From Polyangiaceae bacterium (lineage in GTDB: Bacteria > Myxococcota_A > Polyangia > Polyangiales > Polyangiaceae), in NCBI GenBank assembly GCA_041389685.1, contig JAWKRJ010000033.1, positions 19,169-83,168 of the forward strand: DNA of 64,000 nt. Direction: 5' to 3'. Below the pieces are notes generated by a model, which was not told where the DNA came from, did not search any database, and saw nothing but the letters and a program-made list of their open reading frames with translations. Shown piece after piece: positions 25,528-34,561 of this stretch. The first letter of the stretch is position 1. Every line of letters starts with the position of its first letter. The translations under genes were made by a program, and so were the position numbers.

Positions 25528-26763
25528 TCAGAGATCTTCGTAGATGTCCTCGGTGGGCTTCGGCGTCACCGGGACGACGGGTCGCGGCACGATCTTCGGA
25601 GGGGGCGCCGCGACCGGCGCGCTCGCGGTCGCCGTCTCGGTCGGGGGCGGGGAGTCGCCGTAGTCGCGCTGCTCGACGCCACCGACCGCGGCGGGGTCAT
25701 CGCTCTTGGCGCCGCTCTTCTGGGTCATGAAGTAGGCGACCGCGCCGATGAGGATGGCGGCAGCGATGGCGAGCAGCACCGTCATCAGGGTGCGGGTGCC
25801 GTGGCCGGTCTCCGTTTCCACCGCCACCACGGCCTCGGCGCGGGGCTCGGGCGGAGCGACCACCACCTGGGCGGAGGGCAGATCTTCGGCGATGACGGCC
25901 ACGGGGGGCGCATCGGAGGCTTGGGTCCAGGGGCTGTTGGTGGCGGCCAGCGGGTGCTCACCGGCGGGGGTCGCGGGGGCAGCGGGGGTTGCAGCAGGAG
26001 CCACGGCAGGCGCGAGCTCGCCGCTCGGATCCACGACGTCGGCCTCGGGCTCGCTGGTCGCGGCGGGAGGTGCGGCGGCGGGAGGAGCGGCGGCGGGAGG
26101 AGCGGCGGCAGGAGGAGCGGCGGCAGGAGGAGCGGCGGCAGGAGGAGCGGCGGCGGGAGGAGCGGCGGCGGGGGGCCCCGCCACAGGCGGAACCGCGACC
26201 GGCGGGACCGCGGCCGGCCCGGGGGCCGCAGGCGCGACGCCCGCCGGAGGGGTCACCGGTGCAGGAGGCACCGCGGCCGGAGCACCACCCACCATCGCGG
26301 GGGGCGGCGGCGCACCACCGACGGGCGGCGGAGGCACGGGCCCCGGGGCCCCGACGGGCGCGGGCGGCTGCAGGCCCGGCGCGCCGGCGACCACGGGCGG
26401 CACCGCCGCGGCGGGCACGGGGCCCGCGGCCGGCACGGGGGCGGCGGCCGGCACGGGGGCCGCGACCTCGATCGCGAGGCCGAGACGACGCGCCGCGTTG
26501 GCGTAACCCGCCGCCCCACTCAGCACGCCAGGCGAGCCGAGGGCGCGCGGAGGATGCTTGGCGAGAAACCCGTTCGTGGTCGCGGTGTTCGCGGCTGGTT
26601 GGAAAGGCAACGCCGCGCCCACGCCGGGGGCGGGCTGGCGAGGAGTTTCGAAGGGGGTCGCCGCTACGCCACCATATGCCGCCTGTCGCGCCCTCACTTC
26701 GGGCGGGATGGGCTGCATCGGCATGGTGCCTTTGGGCTGACCGGTGCCTCCGTTGTTGCTCAT
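25528..26763 (-). CDS. Pro/Ala-rich single-pass membrane protein (unknown function)
   Basis: 411 aa with an extreme P/A bias, (PPAAA)7, one TM near the C-terminus (LMTVLLAIAAAILIGAVAYFM) and an acidic tail ending IYEDL. The plus-strand alternatives are Arg/Gly-rich shadows. Confidence 0.6.
   Translation of the reverse strand: MSNNGGTGQPKGTMPMQPIPPEVRARQAAYGGVAATPFETPRQPAPGVGAALPFQPAANTATTNGFLAKHPPRALGSPGVLSGAAGYANAARRLGLAIEVAAPVPAAAPVPAAGPVPAAAVPPVVAGAPGLQPPAPVGAPGPVPPPPVGGAPPPPAMVGGAPAAVPPAPVTPPAGVAPAAPGPAAVPPVAVPPVAGPPAAAPPAAAPPAAAPPAAAPPAAAPPAAAPPAAAPPAATSEPEADVVDPSGELAPAVAPAATPAAPATPAGEHPLAATNSPWTQASDAPPVAVIAEDLPSAQVVVAPPEPRAEAVVAVETETGHGTRTLMTVLLAIAAAILIGAVAYFMTQKSGAKSDDPAAVGGVEQRDYGDSPPPTETATASAPVAAPPPKIVPRPVVPVTPKPTEDIYEDL
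26056..26175. repeat. 15-bp tandem repeat, about 8 units, encoding (PPAAA)n
   Basis: gcggcgggaggagcg / gcggcaggaggagcg units read directly. Coordinates derived from residues 197-236 of ORF 25528..26763. Confidence 0.9.
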
Positions 26764-26930
26764 TCCTCGTGCTTGCCCCGTGGTGGGGTGGATCCGCCCG
26801 CTGGGTGCGCTTGGGTCCCCTGACCAGATCGCCGAGCTAGGTTACCAGACCAGGGACGAGAATCCATCTGCATGCACGCGTGAGCGGTACAGGACCGATC
26901 CACCCGCGCGCTCCCCACCCACGCGCTCCC

Positions 26931-27005
26931 CAGTGCCGCGCAGTGCCGCGGAGGGTCAGTGCCGCGGAGGGTCAGTGCCGCGGAGGGTCAGCGCCGCAGG
27001 AGGGT
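26931..27005. repeat. 16-bp direct repeat array (CAGTGCCGCGGAGGGT x3 plus degenerate flanking units)
   Basis: cagtgccgcg | cagtgccgcggagggt x3 | cagcgccgcaggagggt, and the last unit runs into the kinase stop codon. Preceded by a second duplicate, cacccgcgcgctcccc/acccacgcgctcccc (26901-26931). Confidence 0.9.
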
Positions 27006-27652
27006 CAGCGCGAAGAGCGGGGCGCGATGCCGGCGTGGCGCTCGATGGCTTCGAGGAGCTCGAGCCGGTCGAAGAGGTGCTCGACATAGTCGAGGCGGTC
27101 CGTCTCCACGACCAGCTTCGGGGAGAGATCGTAGCGGGAGAGCCAGTCCTCGTAGAGCGCCTCGAGGGAGGCGAGGTACTTGCGCGGGACCGTCTGCTCG
27201 AAGCTCCGGCCGCGCTTCTTGATGCGACGGGTCAAGGTCTTGAGCGGACAGCGGAGGTAGATCATCAGGTCCGGAGGCCGGAGCACGGAGCGGAGCGTGG
27301 CGTAGAGCTCCTGGTAGCTCGTCCAGTCGCGGTCCTCGATGAAGCCCATGCGGTGGAGATGGGCCGCGAAGACCTCGGCGTCCTCGTAGATGGTCCGGTC
27401 CTGGACCAAGGGAGCCTGCGCCTCGTCGACCTGTCGATCGATGCTCCGGTGGATCTCGAAGCGCCGGATCAAGAACCAGATCTGGGAGTTGAAGGCCCAG
27501 CGCGGCATGTCGGCGTAGAAGTCCTCGAGGTAGGGGTTGTCCTCGTTGGGCTCGAAGAAGGGCCGCATCCCGAACTGCTGGCGCAGCCACTCCACGAGGC
27601 TGCTCTTACCGGCGCCCATGTTGCCGGCGACGGCGATGACCCGCGGGCTCAT
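27005..27652 (-). CDS. Deoxynucleoside kinase
   Basis: ATG 27652 overlaps the upstream stop (ATGA). P-loop VAGNMGAGKSS, then FFEPNEDNPYLEDFY and DRTIYED motifs typical of the dNK/dGK family. Confidence 0.9.
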   Translation of the reverse strand: MSPRVIAVAGNMGAGKSSLVEWLRQQFGMRPFFEPNEDNPYLEDFYADMPRWAFNSQIWFLIRRFEIHRSIDRQVDEAQAPLVQDRTIYEDAEVFAAHLHRMGFIEDRDWTSYQELYATLRSVLRPPDLMIYLRCPLKTLTRRIKKRGRSFEQTVPRKYLASLEALYEDWLSRYDLSPKLVVETDRLDYVEHLFDRLELLEAIERHAGIAPRSSR

Positions 27653-28542
27653 CGCGACCGCAGCGAGAGCGAGAAGGTCAGGACGGTCGCGTCGGTGCCA
27701 GGGGGCAGCGGCATGCGGACCCGGCGGAGTCGGTCGGCCAGACAGGCCCGCGCCCGCGGCAAGAGGGAGCGATCGAGCACGCGGATCTCGCGAAAGCTGC
27801 CGTCGCTCGAGACGCGGGCGCGCACCGTGAGATCCACGGCTTCCCCGGGCGTGTCGAGGCACTGGGCGAGCTCGACGCGCTGGGGCTGGAGCGCCTGCGC
27901 CACGTCGATCTCGTCGCCGCCGCTGGGCGCGACCACCACCGCCGCCCGCACCGGGGGAGGCCCACCGAGATCGAGGCCGGCGAGCGGATCTTGCCTGGGT
28001 GTCCTCTGGGCGCGGATGTCCTTCTTCTTGCCGATCCCCCCGCCGCCCTCGCCGACCCCGAAGAGGCCGCCCTCGTCCTCGAGCGGGAGATTCTCGACGT
28101 CGCCGAAATCGTCTTCGTTCCGGGTGCCGGTGGCCCGCGCGCGCTCCCCCTCCTGCTCTTCGGGCTCCTCTTCGAGGACGACCGCGTCACCGGCCTGCGC
28201 GAGCTCCCGCTCGGCCTGTGTCACCGCCTCTTCCAGGCTCGGCGGCGGGGCGAGGCGCGGCCCGTCGGCGCGGAGGCCACTGAGCGCGACCAGGATCGCG
28301 AGCCGACGCCGTCGCAGGGCGACCGGATCCTCCCCGCGCGCCACCGCGGCCGCGATCGCTTCGTCGGCGCGCGCTTCTTCGACGGCCAGCTCCCGCGCGA
28401 GACGTCGAAACGCGTCCGCCTCGGGGTCGCGCGCCGAGGCCGATGGGGACGACGGAGCCGCCGGCCCGTCGACATCGCCGAGACCCCAGGTCTGCACACA
28501 GCCCGTCGAGGTCAGGGCGAGGACGAGCGCGAGGCGACGCAT
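27649..28542 (-). CDS. Lipoprotein with AgmX/PglI-type C-terminal domain
   Basis: MRRLALVLALTSTGC lipobox, an acidic low-complexity middle region and a two-Cys C-terminal domain (VELAQCLD...ARACLADRLRRVRMPLPPG...LTFSLSL). Confidence 0.65.
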   Translation of the reverse strand: MRRLALVLALTSTGCVQTWGLGDVDGPAAPSSPSASARDPEADAFRRLARELAVEEARADEAIAAAVARGEDPVALRRRRLAILVALSGLRADGPRLAPPPSLEEAVTQAERELAQAGDAVVLEEEPEEQEGERARATGTRNEDDFGDVENLPLEDEGGLFGVGEGGGGIGKKKDIRAQRTPRQDPLAGLDLGGPPPVRAAVVVAPSGGDEIDVAQALQPQRVELAQCLDTPGEAVDLTVRARVSSDGSFREIRVLDRSLLPRARACLADRLRRVRMPLPPGTDATVLTFSLSLRSR

Positions 28543-28654
28543 GAGGCATGGTTAGCACCGTGGCGCACGGAACGCATTCGAGCTAAGGGAGGCCTCCCTG
28601 ATCCCTCGAGAGGCCGCGCCGCCGAGGGGTCACCGAGCTGAGCTACACTGTTCC

Positions 28655-29545
28655 ATGATGTCTTCGAACGAGCCGCCCACGCCGGGTCGCCCCGCCGAGA
28701 GCGGCGATCACGTGCTGCGTGCCATCACCGATGACGACAACTTCCGCGTCATCACCGCACGCACGACCGACACCATCTCGGGCGTGCTGGCGTCACAGGC
28801 GGTCTCGCCCGAGGTCGCCCTCCCCTTCGCCGAGCTCGTCACCGGCACCGTCCTCATCCGGGAGACCATGTCGCCCGCCCACCGCGTACAGGGGCTGTTG
28901 AAGTCGCCGGGGCGCGGCTCGCTGGTGGCGGACGCCCACCCCGAAGGCCTGACCCGCGGCCTCGCCCAGCTCGCCGACGGTTGCGAAGACTTCGAGCTCC
29001 GGCCGGGAAGCATCCTGCAGATGATGCGGAGCATGGCGAACGGGCGAATCCACCGCAGCGTGGTGGAGGCGCCATCGGGGGGAGCGGTCACGGCCGCGCT
29101 GATGACCTACATGCAGGAGTCGGAGCAGATCGTCAGCGTCATCGCAGCGGGGGCCCGCATCGAGGAGGGCGTCGTGCGCTCCGCGGGGGGTTATGTGGTG
29201 CAGCTCCTGCCCGGCGCGTCACGCGGCCCGCTCATGGTGATGACCGAGCGGCTCGAGGCCTTCCCGCCCTTCGTGGAGCTCTTCGAGGGCCTCGACAGCT
29301 CCCCCAGGCGGCTCCTCGACGAGCTCCTCTACGGCATGCCCTACGCCCAGCTCGACGAGAGCCCGCTCCGCTTCGGCTGCACCTGCAGCCACCAGACGGT
29401 GGTGGCGAGCCTCGCCACGGTTCGGCGGGACGAGCTCGCGCAGATGATCGAAGAGGACGGCGTGATCGAGCTGACCTGCGACTACTGCCGCACCACCTAC
29501 CGCGTCGGGCGCACCCACCTCGAGGGCCTGCTCGAGCCTTCGTGA
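28655..29545 (+). CDS. hslO: Hsp33 family redox-regulated chaperone
   Basis: 296 aa. C-terminal zinc centre CTCS...CDYC (RFGCTCSHQ...IELTCDYCRTTY) and an Hsp33-like N-terminal domain. Confidence 0.9.
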   Translation: MMSSNEPPTPGRPAESGDHVLRAITDDDNFRVITARTTDTISGVLASQAVSPEVALPFAELVTGTVLIRETMSPAHRVQGLLKSPGRGSLVADAHPEGLTRGLAQLADGCEDFELRPGSILQMMRSMANGRIHRSVVEAPSGGAVTAALMTYMQESEQIVSVIAAGARIEEGVVRSAGGYVVQLLPGASRGPLMVMTERLEAFPPFVELFEGLDSSPRRLLDELLYGMPYAQLDESPLRFGCTCSHQTVVASLATVRRDELAQMIEEDGVIELTCDYCRTTYRVGRTHLEGLLEPS

Positions 29546-29587
29546 CTCGGCTCGTCGCGCTCGTTCGGCCGAGGCGGCGGAGACGGT

Positions 29588-30499
29588 TCAGGGCGTGACG
29601 ACGCGGACGCAGTTGCGCCCCGCTTCCTTCGCGAGATAGAGCGCGCGGTCTGCGGCCTCCACGAGAGCGCCGGCGGACTCGTGGCTGCTGCCCTCGGCGA
29701 TCCCGATGCTCACCGTCACGGGGAGGGTCTGCCCGTCGTGCACGAAGGGGGTGGCGGCGACGAGGGCGCGGAGGCGCTCGGCGAGCACCTCCGCCTGAAT
29801 CGCGGTGGTGTCGCGGCAGATCACGCCGAACTCCTCACCGCCGTAGCGAGCCACGACGTCCTCTGCCCGCACCTCGCGCGCGAGGAGGGTGACCGCATGC
29901 TGCAGCACGAAGTCGCCCGCGCGATGACCGTAGTCGTCGTTGATGCGCTTGAAGTGATCGAAGTCCACGAGGATGAGCGCGAGCGGCGAGTGATGGCGCT
30001 TGGCGAAGGCCACCTCGGCCTCCAGCCGCTCGTCGAAGTAGCGACGGTTGAAGGCGCCGGTCAGCCCGTCGCGGAGCGCCGCGCGGAACATCTCGCGCGC
30101 GTAATGGGCCTCGGGCTCGCCGGCGAGGCTCATGCGCATGACGGTGGTGGTGCCCAGCTTGACCTTGTCGCCGATGGCGAGCGGCCTCACGTCGCTGAGG
30201 CGATCGTTGTTGAGGAAGGTGCCGTTGCGGCTCTGGAGATCGGTGATCACGAACTGCTTCGCGGCGCCGTCCCAACGGATGGCGGCGTGGCGCCGTGAGA
30301 CGTCGCCGTCGACGACCTGGATGTCGCAGCTGTCCTCGCGGCCGATGACGTAGATGCTGTGCTTCGGGTCGAGCTCGAAGATGGTGCCGACGTTGTTGCC
30401 CTTCATCACGATGAGGAGGGCCTGAGGCGCTTGCCCGGGAGCGCCGCTGTCCTGAGTGGACACCGCGATCGTCGCGGCGAGCTCGGCCTTCTTGGTCAT
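29588..30499 (-). CDS. FHA domain-containing diguanylate cyclase (GGDEF)
   Basis: FHA domain (YVIGREDSCDIQVVDGDVSRRHAAIRWDG...LQSRNGTFLNN), a GGEEF active site and an RxxD I-site (RAED) five residues upstream. Confidence 0.9.
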   Translation of the reverse strand: MTKKAELAATIAVSTQDSGAPGQAPQALLIVMKGNNVGTIFELDPKHSIYVIGREDSCDIQVVDGDVSRRHAAIRWDGAAKQFVITDLQSRNGTFLNNDRLSDVRPLAIGDKVKLGTTTVMRMSLAGEPEAHYAREMFRAALRDGLTGAFNRRYFDERLEAEVAFAKRHHSPLALILVDFDHFKRINDDYGHRAGDFVLQHAVTLLAREVRAEDVVARYGGEEFGVICRDTTAIQAEVLAERLRALVAATPFVHDGQTLPVTVSIGIAEGSSHESAGALVEAADRALYLAKEAGRNCVRVVTP

Positions 30500-30568
30500 G
30501 CTCTGCGGATAGTAACGGAGGGAAGGCGGATTCCGAACGATTTGCGCGCCCTTCCGACGGGTGCCGAA

Positions 30569-31300
30569 TCAACCACCAGGCGTAGAGGCGAGCGCCGTGA
30601 CGAGCTCGAGGATGCTCGTGTAGCGAGGCGCCTCCAGGTATCCGGGGTGCACGCCGAGCGCGTCGATCAGCACGCCGTCGAGGCCGGCCCCACGCGCCCC
30701 GACCACGTCGACGTCGGGGATGTCACCCGCGTAGAGGCACCGTCGAGGGTCGACGCCGAGGCGCGAGGTGGCCAGGTGGAAGATGGCGGGGTCCGGCTTG
30801 CGCGAGCCCTCGACGCCGGAGTCGACGACCACCTCGAAGGGCGCCAACAGATCGAGCCGCTCCAAGAGCCGCAGGAGCTGGCCCTCCGAGTTCGACACCA
30901 CGCCCAGCCGGAAGCCCGCGTCCCGCGCCCGCGCCAGCGCCACGGGGACCTCCGGCGGGACCCGACGCCAGAGGTTGAACCGATCGTGCTCGGCGCGGAG
31001 GTGCCCCACCGCCTCCGCCACCGCCCCCTCGGGGAGCCCCGCCGTGGTGAGGAGGGTCGCCATGAACAGCTGCCACCCGTCCTCGTGGCTCGCGCCACCA
31101 CCCGCGACCCGCTCGGCGTAGCGCGCGTGGGCCGGCCCTTGGGCGGCGAGGATGGCCGTGATCTCGAGCGAGTACCCGAGATCCGCCAGGTGCTCGACCA
31201 CGACCTCGGCGTCGAGGAAGACGAGGGTGTTGCCCGCGTCGAAGAGCAGGACCTCGACAGGCTCCGATCCAGACAGGCTGGTAGTCGTGCGGCGGCTCAT
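30569..31300 (-). CDS. HAD-superfamily hydrolase
   Basis: Motif I variant LLFDAGNTL, then VVSNSEG and YAGDIPDVD. Start trimmed to ATG 31300 to avoid overlap with divergent gene 31344. The ORF maximum is 31393. Confidence 0.8.
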   Translation of the reverse strand: MSRRTTTSLSGSEPVEVLLFDAGNTLVFLDAEVVVEHLADLGYSLEITAILAAQGPAHARYAERVAGGGASHEDGWQLFMATLLTTAGLPEGAVAEAVGHLRAEHDRFNLWRRVPPEVPVALARARDAGFRLGVVSNSEGQLLRLLERLDLLAPFEVVVDSGVEGSRKPDPAIFHLATSRLGVDPRRCLYAGDIPDVDVVGARGAGLDGVLIDALGVHPGYLEAPRYTSILELVTALASTPGG

Positions 31301-31343
31301 CTGATAAGCACCCCTCTTTCCGGCGAGTCCGGGGCAACCATCC

Positions 31344-31835
31344 GTGAAGCGTAAACTCATCCTGCTGCGCCACGCAAAGAGCGCTTGGGACACCGGCGCT
31401 CCGGACGATCACGCGCGCCCGCTGAACAAGCGGGGCCGGCGTGACGCGCCTCGCCTGGCGGCGCGCCTCGTGGAGCTCGGCTGGGAACCCGATCGCATCC
31501 TCGCGAGCGACTCCGAGCGCACCCGGGAAACCTACGAGCGCATGAAGTCGGCCCTGGGTAAGCACCCCAAGCCGAAGTTCACCGCCAAGCTCTACATGGC
31601 CGATCTCGCCGCCCTGCGGCGTCAGCTCACGAAGAGCTACGACAAGGTGCGGACGGTGCTCGCGCTCGGCCACAACCCCGGCTGGGAAGAGGCGGTGAAG
31701 ACGCTCACCGGCGAGGAGGTCCGGCTCGGCACCTGCAACGCCGCGCTCCTCACCACCAAGGCGGACACCTGGGCCGAGGCCTTGACGCGGACCGACTGGA
31801 AGCTCGAGGCGGTGGTCCGCCCCAAAGAGCTGTGA
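31344..31835 (+). CDS. SixA-like histidine phosphatase family protein
   Basis: 163 aa. LILLRHAKSAW (RHG-type motif), ...RPLNKRGRRDA... and LGHNPG. Confidence 0.8.
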   Translation: MKRKLILLRHAKSAWDTGAPDDHARPLNKRGRRDAPRLAARLVELGWEPDRILASDSERTRETYERMKSALGKHPKPKFTAKLYMADLAALRRQLTKSYDKVRTVLALGHNPGWEEAVKTLTGEEVRLGTCNAALLTTKADTWAEALTRTDWKLEAVVRPKEL

Positions 31836-32038
31836 CCGCGACCTCGGGGCCGGGGGTGGGGAGGTCTCGATCCAGGCTTCCCCTGGTGAAGCCCATGACC
31901 AGGGACGCCCGGTCGACTGCTCCGTCGCATTCTTTTTCACGACTTGGCGCGGGCGCGGGCGCGGCACACCGCTTGCAGTGAGCCAACGTGAGGAGAGGTA
32001 GGATAACGGGCTACCTACTCCTACGACGAGAGGGCACC

Positions 32039-34492
32039 ATGAAACGAACGCTGTCGATCCTCGGGCTGACCACCTCCCTCCTCCTCGGGGGCTGCGTGGG
32101 GAGCGACCCGGGCCAAGACGAGGCCAACGCCATCGGCTTCGAGGACCTCTACCGCGACGGCCGGAACCTCGACCTCGAGGATCTGCTGTCGCTCACCGCG
32201 AGCTTCGCCACCGACGAGGTCAACGACGCGCTCGCCGTGACCGACTACGCGTCGATTCGGCTCACCCCCACCGAGCTCTACGCCACGAGCGAGGACGCGG
32301 CGGGGGATCTCACGCTCGAGGACCTCGACGCGCTGGTGAGCGGCCTCGCCTACCGGTTCGGCGACCGCTCCCTCACGACGGAGGTGAATGTCGTGCGCCG
32401 CAACCACCTGCTGTCGAGCGCCGCCCGGGTCTACTCGGAGTCGGCGTTCCAGGTGAGCGCGGGGCTGCACGACTTCGGCCACACCACCGACGGGCTGGGG
32501 GATGCCAGCGTGCGGCTCGGCTTCGACGCCCATGTCGACCTCGAGGCGCGCGTGATCGCGGCCCACGACTCCGAGAAGGACGGCCTGATCGATGCCCCGG
32601 TGGCCGCCGTGAAGGCCGCCCGCGGCTTCGTGCTCCCGCGCAGCGTCGAGGATCTGCGCGCCCTCGCGCCCGGCGAGTCTCACGCCCTCCGTGGGCAGGG
32701 GCGCCTCGGCTTCAACCTCGGCGTGGGCGTGCCCATCTTGATCTCGGCGGTGAACGCCGCGAGCTACAACCTCGTGGTCTCGGCCGGCCTGCGGGCCATG
32801 GTCGAGGGTCGCGTCGATCTCCAGGTGGTGCGGCTCGACGGCGAGCGCCTCGTGGTGGACGTCGGCATCGACGGGGTGAAGAGCCGCTCGGCGAGCCTCG
32901 CCCTCCACGACGGCTGGGGTGTGCACGGCCTCGTCGAGCTGGAGGTGGCGGGCCTCGACCTCGGCCGGCTCGTCGACCGCGCGCTCCAGAAGCAGCTCGA
33001 CAAGAAGGTCGCCCTCGTCGACGCGTCGGTCAGCCAGACCAAGGTGCAGAGCCGCATCAGCGTCTCGCGGTTCCGCTTCGACCTCGCCCAGGCGGGCGCC
33101 GGCTCGGACGTGGAGAAGGCGATCGCCCAGCTCCTCGAAGGCGACATGCGCCTCGCCCAGGCCCTCGCGAACCGGAGCGAGCCGGGGGTGGTGGCGGAGT
33201 TCGAGCTGTCCCGCTCCGGCGTCTCCTCGGCGGGCTACGCCGGCATCGATCTGCTGGGCATGCGCTTCTTCCGCCAGGTGAACGAGCAGCAAGGGACCGT
33301 CGTGGTGCAGACCCCGGCCGGCGCTCAGGCCATCAACTTCGACTCGCTCCACAAGGAGTGGGGCTCCTTCTTCTCTTCCCACGGCTACACCCGGGTGGGG
33401 CTGTCGGGGCTGAGCTTCGACCCCCATGAGGCCGGCCCTCGGGGCGAGGCCAACCTCGTCTTCCAGGTGCTCGAGTCGGCGGATCTGATGAAGCGTGACC
33501 GCATGCTCGACCACCTCGACGCCGTCATCGTGGGCATCGGCGGCCCCGAGGCCTTCACCGCCATCGAGGCGGTGGGGAACGGCCTACAGCGCTACGTCGC
33601 GCAGAGCTGCCCCAACAGCCAGTTCGGCGACCCCTGCCGCGAGGCCATCCTCCAAGATCCGAAGGTCGTCGCGGATCGGCAGAAGGGCCTCGCCGACCTC
33701 GAGGCCAAGCTCGGCCACCTCGACGCCGAGCAGAAAGCCCTGGTCATGGAGGCAGGCGAGCTCCGTCTCACCGCTCAGGCCACCGTCGAGCCGGGCGCCG
33801 CGATGGCGGGGCCGCCGACCTCGGTGGTGGTGGACTACCGCCTCGACGACACCGCGCTCGACACGATCTTCCTCGACAAGACCAAGAACGACCTCGACGT
33901 CGCGATGCGGCTCCTCATCGCGACGATGCACGTCGACCGCGGGGAGACCCTCGAAGAGATCGGCGCGGACGCCTACGCCATCACGCAGCAGACCGCCGGC
34001 CTCCGCAGCACGGTGACCGAGAGCTTTGCGGCGCATCAAGCCCGCTACGCCGCCATCGCCGAGGCGGAGGGGCGCGTGCTCGACAAGCACCCGGAGCTCG
34101 GCGAGCTGGGGACCGCCGCCATCGAGGTGCGCTTCCCGGTGGACCACGCGGGCAACGTGAAATACGAGGAGGCCGTCGCCGGCTCCCTCCCGGCTGCCCG
34201 CGCCAAGGTGGTCATGAGCTTCATCGACGGCTTCATCGCCGCCGCCGATCAGGCGAAGGGCCTGGACGAGGCCGAGCAGATCGCCGCCTACACGCTGCTC
34301 GGCATGACGCCCGGCGATCAGATCGATCTCCGCCTCGACATCGACATGGACCTCAGCAACAACTGGGCGCAGCACTACGACCACTACGTAGCGGCCGGCT
34401 ACGAGGACCTGGACGTGCACGCGCGAGGGGCGGCGGTGAGCCCCATCGACGGCGCCCTCTTCGACATCGACCAGCTGCTGAAGATCGACTGA
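32039..34492 (+). CDS. Large lipoprotein of unknown function
   Basis: ATG 32039 gives MKRTLSILGLTTSLLLGGC (lipobox). 817 aa, acidic, with no motif I recognise. Confidence 0.7.
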   Translation: MKRTLSILGLTTSLLLGGCVGSDPGQDEANAIGFEDLYRDGRNLDLEDLLSLTASFATDEVNDALAVTDYASIRLTPTELYATSEDAAGDLTLEDLDALVSGLAYRFGDRSLTTEVNVVRRNHLLSSAARVYSESAFQVSAGLHDFGHTTDGLGDASVRLGFDAHVDLEARVIAAHDSEKDGLIDAPVAAVKAARGFVLPRSVEDLRALAPGESHALRGQGRLGFNLGVGVPILISAVNAASYNLVVSAGLRAMVEGRVDLQVVRLDGERLVVDVGIDGVKSRSASLALHDGWGVHGLVELEVAGLDLGRLVDRALQKQLDKKVALVDASVSQTKVQSRISVSRFRFDLAQAGAGSDVEKAIAQLLEGDMRLAQALANRSEPGVVAEFELSRSGVSSAGYAGIDLLGMRFFRQVNEQQGTVVVQTPAGAQAINFDSLHKEWGSFFSSHGYTRVGLSGLSFDPHEAGPRGEANLVFQVLESADLMKRDRMLDHLDAVIVGIGGPEAFTAIEAVGNGLQRYVAQSCPNSQFGDPCREAILQDPKVVADRQKGLADLEAKLGHLDAEQKALVMEAGELRLTAQATVEPGAAMAGPPTSVVVDYRLDDTALDTIFLDKTKNDLDVAMRLLIATMHVDRGETLEEIGADAYAITQQTAGLRSTVTESFAAHQARYAAIAEAEGRVLDKHPELGELGTAAIEVRFPVDHAGNVKYEEAVAGSLPAARAKVVMSFIDGFIAAADQAKGLDEAEQIAAYTLLGMTPGDQIDLRLDIDMDLSNNWAQHYDHYVAAGYEDLDVHARGAAVSPIDGALFDIDQLLKID

Positions 34493-34536
34493 GGCGCGCG
34501 TGCGCCTTACGAGGGCCGGCGCCGCTGTTAGAGTCC

Positions 34537-34560
34537 GGAGGGCGGGTCGCGCCGCCCTCC
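34537..34560 (+). promoter_or_regulatory. Perfect 9-bp GC hairpin ending 1 nt before the start codon
   Basis: GGAGGGCGG gtcgcg CCGCCCTCC, then cATG (34562). Confidence 0.5.
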
Positions 34561-34561
34561 C

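Noticed and set aside
25417-26840. Plus-strand Arg/Gly-rich ORFs (25417..26823, 25989..26840) as alternatives to the Pro/Ala-rich minus-strand gene
   Set aside because: RGG/RRR-type composition is the expected mirror of a Pro/Ala-rich gene. The minus-strand product has a plausible TM helix and termini. Strand assignment is still less certain than elsewhere.
26931-27005. Possible CRISPR array (also considered for 58286..58344 and 24737..24826)
   Set aside because: The units are only 15-16 bp and directly abut each other with no spacers, and no cas genes are present. These are simple tandem repeats.
26744-28555. 603-aa plus-strand ORF spanning the dNK and lipoprotein genes
   Set aside because: It is antisense to a deoxynucleoside kinase with an intact P-loop. 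It has no motifs of its own.
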